Made by a program: the position numbers and the translations under genes. This document shows, in pieces, positions 27,483 through 34,759 of a stretch of DNA of 37,336 nt. The stretch lies in UHGV virus genome UHGV-1375320. One strand, written 5' to 3'. This DNA comes from a virus. Every line of letters begins with the position of its first letter. The first letter of the stretch is position 1. The notes beneath the pieces are model-generated. The model made no database searches. It had not been told where the DNA came from and worked only from the letters and a program-made list of their open reading frames with translations.

Positions 27483-27937
27483 TGGGAGATTTTACTAGAA
27501 TAGTAACAGATTTCTTTTGGTTGTTGGTTGATGTAATAAAAATTTTAAGTAATTGTGTAGCAATAGGAATAGGAAGTTTAGTAGCCTTTATCTTTATGAT
27601 TACAGGTGGGCAAGATGAAGCTTTAAGAATATTACTTATACTTATGGCAGTTGATTATATATCTGGAGTTATCAAAGCTTATATTACTTGTACTGCTAAT
27701 AGTAAACTAGGTATAATAGGAATGTTAAAAAAGGTTATGATAATTCTAGTTATAGTATTAGCTTATCATCTGGACATACTACTTGGTAGTAAATTAGGAA
27801 TAAAGACTTTAACAATAGGAGTTTTTATTTCAAATGAGGGACTTTCTATATTAGAAAATGCAAGTATCTGTGGAGTGCCTATTCCAGAGAAAATAAAAAA
27901 AGTATTAGTTCAATATCAAGAGTATAAGAAAAAATAA
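27482..27937 (+). CDS. Holin, TcdE/phage_holin_4_1 family
   Basis: The start was moved to the ATG at 27482 (GGAGG RBS 5 nt upstream); the ORF track start at 27428 lacks an RBS. 151 aa with 3 TM segments. ...AVDYISGVIKAY...SKLGIIGMLKKV...FISNEGLSILENASICGVPIPEKI matches the TcdE-type holin signature. Confidence 0.6.
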   Translation: MGDFTRIVTDFFWLLVDVIKILSNCVAIGIGSLVAFIFMITGGQDEALRILLILMAVDYISGVIKAYITCTANSKLGIIGMLKKVMIILVIVLAYHLDILLGSKLGIKTLTIGVFISNEGLSILENASICGVPIPEKIKKVLVQYQEYKKK

Positions 27938-27981
27938 AATGTGAGCTTATGAGCCTTAGAATAGGGTAGGTCAAAACAAAA

Positions 27982-28010
27982 AGAGAGGTAAATATATACC
28001 TCTCTTTTTT
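27982..28010. terminator. Bidirectional intrinsic terminator between convergent holin and partition operons
   Basis: AGAGAGGTA / TACCTCTCT 9-bp stem, loop AATATA, with a T-run on the + side and an A-run on the other side. Confidence 0.6.
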
Positions 28011-28038
28011 AAACCTCTTAAAAACGATTTTAAAGGCT

Positions 28039-28296
28039 CTATTTTAATTTTAAATCAACCTTAAAATCAATTAAGTCAAAATAAAATATTTTATCTGTAC
28101 TGTAATAACTTTCTGTATTTGCTTGGAACTCATCTAATTTTAAAGTAATATCTCCAACAATAATTTTATATCCATCTTGTATGTCTATAATATCTAAAAC
28201 TTCTACATCATTTTTAAAATATGTTATCAACCCATTTGTTATAGTTATACTTTGAATGTTTTCTCTATTTCCTTTTAATAAATCCTTTAATTTCAT
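28039..28296 (-). CDS. Hypothetical protein (last gene of rep-par operon)
   Basis: 85 aa with ATGA overlap to the upstream gene. Confidence 0.4.
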   Translation of the reverse strand: MKLKDLLKGNRENIQSITITNGLITYFKNDVEVLDIIDIQDGYKIIVGDITLKLDEFQANTESYYSTDKIFYFDLIDFKVDLKLK

Positions 28297-28970
28297 TAGC
28301 TCAACCCCTTTATCTTTTCTTTTAGTTCAGCCTTAACAGTTTTCAATTCTTTCAACTCTTCCTCTAATTTTCTAATTTTCGCCTCTACCTCCGACAGTCT
28401 GGATACCAGCTTATCTTTTTCAGATTCCTCTACTATCTCGGCATCTTCTATTTCGAGAGCTCTCGAAATAGCTTTTTTTATCCCTTGAGCTGTTCTTATT
28501 TCACCATTTACCACTCTTGCTATAACATCACTTGGTGCTTTTTTGTTTGTTATTTGCTTAATCTCTGCGTCTGATAAAGTCTGTATAATTTTACTTTCTG
28601 GATATTCTAAAGATAGTTTATATCTTCCTCTTAGTAATGACACTTGGTCTTTATTGAATCCTAAAGCTTGGTACCATTCCATATAACTTTGAGAATTTTC
28701 AGAGTATCTATCAAAAAGCCCTCTAGCTTCATCTAACATTCTACCTGTTTCTATTGCTAATTTCCCAACTTCTTTTTTATTTGTAATTATTTTTTTCTCT
28801 ATATTTATCAGTTCTCTTACATCATCTTGGGAAAAGTTTTCCAATACTGAATAATCAAATAAGAGTTCAGTTGTTACTAATTCTTTAGTGGTTTGTGTTT
28901 CTTGTAGTGTTGCTGGTTTAGTTATATTTCTAATACCTAAACTACTTCTTTTTATTGTTGGTTTTCCCAT
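28296..28970 (-). CDS. Putative partition adaptor/centromere-binding protein (ParB analogue, non-canonical)
   Basis: 224 aa, immediately downstream of parA and overlapping it by 19 nt. Helical N-terminal half plus a C-terminal coiled coil (KLVSRLSEVEAKIRKLEEELKELK). No ParB GERRxRA motif, so the family is unassigned. Confidence 0.3.
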   Translation of the reverse strand: MGKPTIKRSSLGIRNITKPATLQETQTTKELVTTELLFDYSVLENFSQDDVRELINIEKKIITNKKEVGKLAIETGRMLDEARGLFDRYSENSQSYMEWYQALGFNKDQVSLLRGRYKLSLEYPESKIIQTLSDAEIKQITNKKAPSDVIARVVNGEIRTAQGIKKAISRALEIEDAEIVEESEKDKLVSRLSEVEAKIRKLEEELKELKTVKAELKEKIKGLS

Positions 28971-29761
28971 ATCTCTAACAACTCCTTAGTAAGATTTTTA
29001 AAGTCTTTAGCTCCATTACTTGTAGGGCTATATTGTCCTATAAAATATCCATCTCTAGCACAATATTTTAATTTTCCATTATCTCTAATTTGAGTTTTTA
29101 AAATATTAGGATATCCCTCTCTAATTTCTTCTATGTCTTTTAAAATATCTTTATCAAGTGGCACCTGGTTAAAATATCCAAGGTGTATAAATGGAGTGCT
29201 TAAATTTTCTTTTAAAGCTTCTATAAATTGCAACATTATATTTAACCCTTGAACACTATATATATGTGGTATTATTGGAGTTAAAACATAATTGCTAAGA
29301 GATAACACAGCTCTTTCTAAAGAATCTATACTAGGTCTACAATCAAATATTACATAGTCATAATCTAATTTTTCAAGCTCTGATTTTAGATTGAAATATA
29401 TCATTTCTTGGTCCCATTTATCCATTGTTAAATCTAGGTTTCTTAGGTCATAACTACCTTTGATAAAATCTAAAATATATCTTCCTTTTTCTACTTCATT
29501 AATACCTGTATCTTTATTTTCTACTATTTTTAGTTCATGTATTTGTATTATATTATTTGCTAAAGACTTTTCTTTTAAAGCTTTGAATAAGTCTTTTTCT
29601 TCATCATCAAATATAAAACTTTGTGTTAAGTTCTGCTGATAGTCACAATCTACCAGCAATATTTTTTTATTAAAATTAAGTGCTAACATTCCAGCGACTT
29701 CCCTTGCCCCTGTTGTTTTTCCTGTTCCACCCTTTTGATTTATAAATGATACTACTTTCAT
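28952..29761 (-). CDS. parA: ParA/Soj-family partition ATPase
   Basis: 269 aa. The deviant Walker A KGGTGKTT is at the N-terminus (MKVVSFINQKGGTGKTTGA). Walker A' (LLVDCDYQ) and Walker B (VIFDCRP) contexts are present. Strong AAGGGGG RBS. Confidence 0.8.
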   Translation of the reverse strand: MKVVSFINQKGGTGKTTGAREVAGMLALNFNKKILLVDCDYQQNLTQSFIFDDEEKDLFKALKEKSLANNIIQIHELKIVENKDTGINEVEKGRYILDFIKGSYDLRNLDLTMDKWDQEMIYFNLKSELEKLDYDYVIFDCRPSIDSLERAVLSLSNYVLTPIIPHIYSVQGLNIMLQFIEALKENLSTPFIHLGYFNQVPLDKDILKDIEEIREGYPNILKTQIRDNGKLKYCARDGYFIGQYSPTSNGAKDFKNLTKELLEIWENQQ

Positions 29762-30717
29762 TTTACCCCCTTAATATGATTAAATATGTAACTAAAACTT
29801 CTAATCTCAATATTGATATTTTTGTAACATGAAATCAAGCCTTTTTTCAATTGCTCATATGGAAAGTTCTCCATAAGTTTTCCAACATTTTCAAGTGTTA
29901 AATAAGGTTCTATAAACCTATTTTTTCTAGCTTTTTCTAAAGCTTTTTCCAAATCTTCTAACTGTTCAAATGTTAATGATTCAACTTTTTCAGCCTCTTT
30001 TATTTCTGTTTCAGTTCCATCTTTATCTAGCACTTCCATTTGCTCTATATCCCAACTCAAAATTATTTTAGTAATAAATTTTCCTGTTCTTACTCTTTCC
30101 ATTTTTAGATTTTTTATATTAGTTTTCTCTGCTAGTTCTTCTGCAGCTTTTTTTATTATCTTAGTTTCTACATCTACCCATCTATATTGAGTATTTAAAA
30201 TTTTTAAAAATTCATCTGGTGCAAATTCCCAAGACTTTAAATTTTTATAACTCATAACTATTTGATAGAGCCTCTTGGAATGTCTACCCTTTAAACCTGT
30301 AAATTCTAGTAATTCATGTCTTGTAAAATTATTGCTTAAATTAAAAAAAAGTGGGATAAAATCTTTTTTTAATTCAAATATAATTTCTGTTTTATCTTCT
30401 GTATACATCAAAGTTTCAAATATGTGTTTATGCAGCTTGTACCCATCTTTTTTTATTTGAACACTTGTATTAAAAATGTTTTTCAAAGCCTCTTCTATTC
30501 TTTTGGTACTTACATTTCCTTGAACCATTTTTTTTATGACTTTAGGGTCTAAAAACAAATTTACATTCTCATTTGTATTTACATTCATATGGTCTTTAAT
30601 TTTTTTTCTAGCAGCATAAGCTAAAGTTACAATTAAATCAAGTTCATAACTTCCAAACTCATTGAAGCTGGTAGCAAAATCTTTTGAGTATTCTACAACT
30701 TCATTTTTAATTTCCAT
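29758..30717 (-). CDS. Rep_3-family (iteron-binding) plasmid replication initiator
   Basis: 319 aa. LKGRHSKRLYQIVMSYKN and FLKILNTQYRWVDVETKIIKKAAEELAEKTNI match the winged-helix Rep_3 signatures (S.Y..RLYELL ; F...L.......+..+.A..EIN..T.I). Iterons lie directly upstream, and its stop overlaps parA. Confidence 0.6.
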   Translation of the reverse strand: MEIKNEVVEYSKDFATSFNEFGSYELDLIVTLAYAARKKIKDHMNVNTNENVNLFLDPKVIKKMVQGNVSTKRIEEALKNIFNTSVQIKKDGYKLHKHIFETLMYTEDKTEIIFELKKDFIPLFFNLSNNFTRHELLEFTGLKGRHSKRLYQIVMSYKNLKSWEFAPDEFLKILNTQYRWVDVETKIIKKAAEELAEKTNIKNLKMERVRTGKFITKIILSWDIEQMEVLDKDGTETEIKEAEKVESLTFEQLEDLEKALEKARKNRFIEPYLTLENVGKLMENFPYEQLKKGLISCYKNINIEIRSFSYIFNHIKGVK

Positions 30718-30806
30718 GTCTTACCCCCTTTTCACTCTGATATAATTTTAACTTATATTTTCTTTTTATACAACATTTTTTTATTTTTTTTCACACTATT
30801 AATAAA

Positions 30807-30943
30807 CTGACAAAACTTCACACTATTGACAAAACTTCACACTATTCTGACAAAACTTCACAGTATAGTCTGACAAAACTTCACACTATACCCCTCTATT
30901 TCTGACAAAACTTCACACTATTCTGACAAAACTTCACAGTATC
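30807..30943. repeat. Iteron array (six direct repeats of ~21 bp), putative oriV/Rep binding sites
   Basis: CTGACAAAACTTCACACTATT at 30807, 30828, 30848 (ACAGTAT variant), 30871, 30903 and 30924, spaced 20-23 bp with one 32-bp gap. A seventh diverged copy lies at 31056-31075 (TGACAAAACTTCGTGGTATT). The array is flanked by an AT-rich TAAACT-repeat stretch at 30975-31045. Confidence 0.7.
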
Positions 30944-31198
30944 TTGTTTCTAGCTCTCTAAAATTAAGAGCTGGAGAGGACTGTAAACTCTATAAACTAT
31001 TATAAACTATATTATATATAAACTCTCTAAACTATTTTAGAGATTTTTTTATTTTTGACAAAACTTCGTGGTATTATAATTTTAAAAAGATATTGACTTA
31101 TACCCAAAAGTATATTATACTACTGTATCCAAATTTTTAACCCCATATAAGATGCTTTTTTTAATCGTCATATGTTATTCGAGATTCTTTAATAAAAG

Positions 31199-31224
31199 TG
31201 GCAGGAATAAACCTGCCATTTTTA
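31199..31224. terminator. Intrinsic terminator at the end of the recombination operon
   Basis: TGGCAGG / CCTGCCA stem, loop AATAAA, T-run on the + side. It overlaps the SSAP stop codon. Confidence 0.5.
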
Positions 31225-32181
31225 TTTACTTGTTAGTAACTCTTTTAACTCTTCATATTCTTTATTATTCAATCTTTCAAGTAATACTTTATTATATTTT
31301 CTTTTACACTCCATAAGTAAAATACCTTGTTTATCTAATTTTAATAACTCTTGGATTTGCTCTTCTGTAATATCACTTACTGGAGTAACTTCTTTTAAAT
31401 CAGATATTTTTAATTGCCCCTCTTTAATACCATTATAAGCTAATTTTAAATTAACTAGATGGCTAGAAGTCCAGCTCTCATATGGACAGTTTAAAAAATT
31501 TTCTAGTTCTTGCTTAGAAAGATTTAATTTATTTTCCAAGAAAATTAATATCTGTTCTTTAGCTTGTGAAATATCCTCTATGCTTTCAATCTCTCTTTCC
31601 ATAGTTGTTTTTATCTCTTCTATGCAGGAATCTAAAATATAATTAGGTATTAAATTCAAGATACAACCTCTTAAAAATCTAGCTCCATAACTTGCTTTCA
31701 TCTCGTATTGGTCCCTCATATCTGTTAAAACATAAGCACCTTTTTTTGTATATCTTTTCATAGATACATCAAATTGCTTTGTAGTTTTGATATTGTTTTC
31801 AACGTCCCAGGCATAAGCTAACATTGTAGATTTTCCATCATCTGTATCTAATTCTATTACCGAGTATTGAATATTACCCCAAGCTCTTGCAACTGCTTCA
31901 GCAAATCTTATAGTTAAACCTTGCACAACTTCTCCACCTCTAGGAAATGAATATAAGGCAGTATCAGCAAAATTCTTTCTTTTACATAGCTCTAGTATTT
32001 TATTTTCTGCTTTTATTTCATCTCTAGGAAATTGTTTTGCTAAAAATACTGCTGCCTTTACTTCCTCAAGTAATCTACTTTCAATCCCCATTTCCATTTG
32101 TTCTGCCTTTATCTCTTTAACAGGCTTCATCTCTGAAACCTGTTTCTTTCCCATCATATTGTTTTTAGCTATTACTTCCAT
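31222..32181 (-). CDS. RecT/Red-beta-family single-strand annealing protein
   Basis: 319 aa, immediately downstream of a YqaJ exonuclease, which is the classic exo+SSAP pair. The core LYSFPRGGEVVQGLTIRFAEAVARAWGNIQYSVIELDTDDGKSTMLAYAWDVENN fits the RecT-family annealing domain. Confidence 0.55.
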   Translation of the reverse strand: MEVIAKNNMMGKKQVSEMKPVKEIKAEQMEMGIESRLLEEVKAAVFLAKQFPRDEIKAENKILELCKRKNFADTALYSFPRGGEVVQGLTIRFAEAVARAWGNIQYSVIELDTDDGKSTMLAYAWDVENNIKTTKQFDVSMKRYTKKGAYVLTDMRDQYEMKASYGARFLRGCILNLIPNYILDSCIEEIKTTMEREIESIEDISQAKEQILIFLENKLNLSKQELENFLNCPYESWTSSHLVNLKLAYNGIKEGQLKISDLKEVTPVSDITEEQIQELLKLDKQGILLMECKRKYNKVLLERLNNKEYEELKELLTSK

Positions 32182-32182
32182 A

Positions 32183-33142
32183 TTATCCTCCTATTGTTAA
32201 AGCTCCACGTTTATTTAATTTTGCTATAAGTCCGTTTCCAAGTTCCATAAGTGTAACACCTTTTTCTAGCATTTCTTTTTTTATCATAAGTTTTATACTA
32301 TCAGCTTTTGGTTTTGCTTTCTCTTCAATTTCTTTTAATTCTAGCATTGAGTTAAGTAGCTCATCAGCTAGGTTAAGTGCTAGTTCTGACTTTATTTTTT
32401 CAGTAGTTTCTTTTGGAATCTCATAAGCCATTCCAAGTGCTTCAGCTTCTGCTTTATTTCCTATCAATTCTGGTTCTATATTATTTTGGAATTTCTTCCA
32501 AAACTCTTTAGCTAAAGAAAACATATAGTCTATGAACTCTTGGTCTTTAACTACTGTAAAAACTTTGGTAAATCTGTTGTTTATCCAACCAAGTATATAC
32601 ATTTTTTCTTTTCCTGTAACTTCTAAAATCCATTGGCATTGACTATAATATTCATCTGGTACAGTGTCCCCACTCCATTTATCCCATTGGAAACTATCTC
32701 CAGTTTTACACTCCATAGGGAACCAACCCTCATCAGTTGAAACCCAGCCATCTGGGGTACAAGTTGCGAAATCATATTCTTTATGCTTTATAACTTCATC
32801 TCCTGGAATAACTTCATAAACTTTAAATTTTGCTTTTTCTGGAAATTTAGCTCTTATAAAATCTTCTGCAAAATGTCCAAACTCTAATTTATCTTGAGTT
32901 ATTTCACTGAATTGAGGTTCGTATTCTCCTTTTAAACTTTTATACAATAACCAAGGACTTGAATATTCTGGTTTTTTATCTATCCAACCTTTTCTATATC
33001 TGTCAACTTCTACAAGATTATGGATAGAAGAGGCACCGATTACACGGTGCTTTAACCATTCCCCTCTATTTGTAGTATCTCCCTTGAATACTGTTATTCC
33101 ATTATGCTTTGGTATGTCATAAATACTCATTTGATTTACCAT
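32183..33142 (-). CDS. YqaJ-type (lambda Exo-like, PD-(D/E)xK) recombination exonuclease
   Basis: 319 aa. GEWLKHRVIGASSIHNLV matches the YqaJ N-terminal 'EW...R.G.ITAS' motif. Conserved acidic/Lys residues are spaced downstream (FGHFAEDFI, CTPDGW, ECKTGD). Confidence 0.65.
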   Translation of the reverse strand: MVNQMSIYDIPKHNGITVFKGDTTNRGEWLKHRVIGASSIHNLVEVDRYRKGWIDKKPEYSSPWLLYKSLKGEYEPQFSEITQDKLEFGHFAEDFIRAKFPEKAKFKVYEVIPGDEVIKHKEYDFATCTPDGWVSTDEGWFPMECKTGDSFQWDKWSGDTVPDEYYSQCQWILEVTGKEKMYILGWINNRFTKVFTVVKDQEFIDYMFSLAKEFWKKFQNNIEPELIGNKAEAEALGMAYEIPKETTEKIKSELALNLADELLNSMLELKEIEEKAKPKADSIKLMIKKEMLEKGVTLMELGNGLIAKLNKRGALTIGG

Positions 33143-33231
33143 ACTAGAACCCCCTCTTCAATAAGATTTTCAATAAAAATTTGTTCTGCTAGTGCTTCTA
33201 GCTCCTCATCTGTCATTAAATATTCTGGCAT
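33136..33231 (-). CDS. Possible 31-aa leader peptide coupled to the exonuclease gene
   Basis: ATG at 33231 with an AAAGGGAG RBS, placed 18 nt after the 46-bp palindromic element. MPEYLMTDEELEALAEQIFIENLIEEGVLVW ends inside the exonuclease start. The longer ORF-track version (33321) would read through the conserved non-coding element. Confidence 0.25.
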   Translation of the reverse strand: MPEYLMTDEELEALAEQIFIENLIEEGVLVW

Positions 33232-33249
33232 AATACCAACTCCCTTTTT

Positions 33250-33295
33250 AGTTTTTAACAAGTCCCCCAAGGCTCTTGGGGAACCTATAAAAACT
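33250..33295 (-). promoter_or_regulatory. 46-bp GC-cored palindromic intercistronic element, copy 2
   Basis: 43/46 identical to copy 1; only the central 3 nt differ (GCT vs TTC). It sits 4 nt after the upstream stop and 18 nt before the next ATG. Confidence 0.5.
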
Positions 33296-33298
33296 AAA

Positions 33299-33547
33299 TT
33301 ATTTATTAACAATGTTCTCAAGCATTTTGAAAAATTTTTCTAACTCCTGCTCTATATCTTCATTCATTATTCTAATTTCATTAAATTTTAAATTAATATC
33401 CCAAGTTATAGCTTTCTCTCCTACATATCCAGCAACTCTAGTTTTTCTAAATATTCCACTAAAGAAAACTATATTGTTTTTTATCTCCCAAGCTAAATTT
33501 TTAATACTGTATTTTTCTTTTAAATTCTCCATCATTACTGCTAACAT
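33299..33547 (-). CDS. Hypothetical protein
   Basis: 82 aa early-operon ORF. Its stop lies 4 nt before palindromic element copy 2. Confidence 0.35.
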   Translation of the reverse strand: MLAVMMENLKEKYSIKNLAWEIKNNIVFFSGIFRKTRVAGYVGEKAITWDINLKFNEIRIMNEDIEQELEKFFKMLENIVNK

Positions 33548-33614
33548 TCTAATTCCCCCTACATTTTGCTATATTTAATTTTGAATTTTAATATATGTTT
33601 TATCCAAGCTATCA

Positions 33615-33890
33615 TTAATATCTAACCCCTTGGACTGCCCAGTAAGCTGCTTCTCTGTCTTGCTCTTCTCTTTTTTTATCTTGGAAAGCTTCTTCAACTT
33701 CTTTTTCCCATTCTTCTAAAAACTCCATCATACTATCCATATCCACCTGGAACTTAACTTCTTTTTTACCAAGTCCAGAAAATACCATAAAATCTCCTGT
33801 CTTTGAGTTATAATTGTAAGAATCAATTAGTCCATCATCTTGTAATTGTTGCATTGTTTCAAATCCTTCTAATAATTCTTTATCTAACAT
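33615..33890 (-). CDS. Hypothetical acidic protein
   Basis: 91 aa, with ATGTTAG start/stop overlap with the upstream small gene. Confidence 0.35.
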   Translation of the reverse strand: MLDKELLEGFETMQQLQDDGLIDSYNYNSKTGDFMVFSGLGKKEVKFQVDMDSMMEFLEEWEKEVEEAFQDKKREEQDREAAYWAVQGVRY

Positions 33891-34063
33891 AGTTTTCCCT
33901 CCTCTTGATTATTAAGTGCTAAATTTGCTATCGCTTCAGATACTGTTAAACCATATCCATGAAACTCTCCAGCATTTACTATATAAAATTTTTTAAATCT
34001 TCTTACTGTAAGAACTCCCCATTTCTCATTGATATATTTTAAGAACATCACATCTTGTGACAT
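33884..34063 (-). CDS. Hypothetical small protein (59 aa), not in supplied ORF track
   Basis: ATG at 34063 preceded by an AAAGGGGGGTGG RBS. Translates MSQDVMFLKYINEKWGVLTVRRFKKFYIVNAGEFHGYGLTVSEAIANLALNNQEEGKLC. It sits 17 nt downstream of palindromic element copy 1. Confidence 0.3.
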   Translation of the reverse strand: MSQDVMFLKYINEKWGVLTVRRFKKFYIVNAGEFHGYGLTVSEAIANLALNNQEEGKLC

Positions 34064-34080
34064 ATTGCCACCCCCCTTTA

Positions 34081-34126
34081 AGTTTTTAACAAGTCCCCCA
34101 AGTTCCTTGGGGAACCTATAAAAACT
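34081..34126 (-). promoter_or_regulatory. 46-bp GC-cored palindromic intercistronic element, copy 1
   Basis: AGTTTTTAACAAGTCCCCCAAG-TTC-CTTGGGGAACCTATAAAAACT, with an 8-bp outer stem (AGTTTTTA/TAAAAACT) and a 7-bp inner stem (CCCCAAG/CTTGGGG). It sits 4 nt after the J-domain gene stop and 17 nt before the next ATG. Confidence 0.5.
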
Positions 34127-34129
34127 TAA

Positions 34130-34576
34130 CTATGCTATCGCTTGTAGGTTGCTTCCTTGTACTCTTTGCCAACCATATTTTTGTTTTAACTCTTCATAAT
34201 CTCCCTTGAATGTTCCTTTTCCTTTTTTCTCTCCAAAGTACCATTTTTTTCTTTTAGCACTCCATCTAAAACCAAGTTCTTTTAACTGTTCCTTGTATAA
34301 GAAAGTATTACCAGATACCCATATCCAAGAGCCTACAACATCAATCTCTAAACCATGGAAATGTATTATTTTCTTTAGTATCTCCATAACCTCTGGGGCT
34401 ATCTCTTCCCCTGCTTCCCTTGCTTGTTGTTTAAATCCCTCAAGTTGTATTCTTTCATACTCTGCCATCATCTCTTTGAAGTTCTCTTCGTTTCCACCAT
34501 GGTCTGGGTGTAATCTCTTACATAATTCTCTATATTGTTTTTTTAAATCCTCGTTACTGTTAAAGTATTTATACAT
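34130..34576 (-). CDS. J-domain (DnaJ N-terminal domain) protein
   Basis: 148 aa. KQYRELCKRLHPDHGGNEENFKEMMAEYERI contains the invariant HPD tripeptide in the canonical helix II-III context of J domains. It is the first gene of the leftward early operon. Confidence 0.6.
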   Translation of the reverse strand: MYKYFNSNEDLKKQYRELCKRLHPDHGGNEENFKEMMAEYERIQLEGFKQQAREAGEEIAPEVMEILKKIIHFHGLEIDVVGSWIWVSGNTFLYKEQLKELGFRWSAKRKKWYFGEKKGKGTFKGDYEELKQKYGWQRVQGSNLQAIA

Positions 34577-34631
34577 ATTACCAACTCCTTATATTTTCTA
34601 CTTGCTTTTATGTTTTTTGTGGTTTATAATG

Positions 34632-34732
34632 CAAGTAAATAACTTGTATATTTGACTATATAATACAAGTGATTTACTTGCTTGTCAAGTAAAAATTTTT
34701 ATTTTATAATAAAATTACAAGTTAATTAGTTG
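34632..34732. promoter_or_regulatory. Divergent early/repressor promoters with CAAGT-N5-ACTTG operator repeats (genetic switch)
   Basis: O1 CAAGTAAATAACTTG (34632-46), O2 CAAGTGATTTACTTG (34666-80), a half-site CAAGT at 34686-90, and O4 CAAGTTAATTAGTTG (34718-32, one mismatch). Rightward promoter: TTGTCA (34682-87), 17 bp, TATAAT (34705-10). Leftward promoter: TTGACA (revcomp of 34683-88), 17 bp, TATTAT (revcomp of 34660-65), with O2 in its spacer. Confidence 0.5.
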
Positions 34733-34759
34733 CAAAACTAGAAAGGACAAGGTTTTTAT

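Noticed and set aside
28296-28970. Calling the 224-aa protein a canonical ParB
   Set aside because: There is no ParB N-terminal GERRxRA/CTP-binding motif or recognisable ParB HTH. It is kept only as a position-based partition partner of ParA with an unknown fold.
30807-30943. Regularly spaced ~21-bp direct repeats that could be mistaken for a CRISPR array
   Set aside because: The unique sequence between repeats is only 0-2 bp except for one 11-bp gap, and the repeats are imperfect. They sit directly upstream of a Rep_3 initiator gene, so they are iterons, not CRISPR repeats with spacers.
33104-34655. Plus-strand ORFs 33104-33343, 33312-33578, 34206-34655 and 30275-30460
   Set aside because: They are antisense to the minus-strand early operon and rep gene. 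Their hydrophobic, low-complexity translations fit shadow ORFs and no RBS was noted. The 33136-33321 track ORF was shortened because its 5' part translates the conserved non-coding palindromic element.
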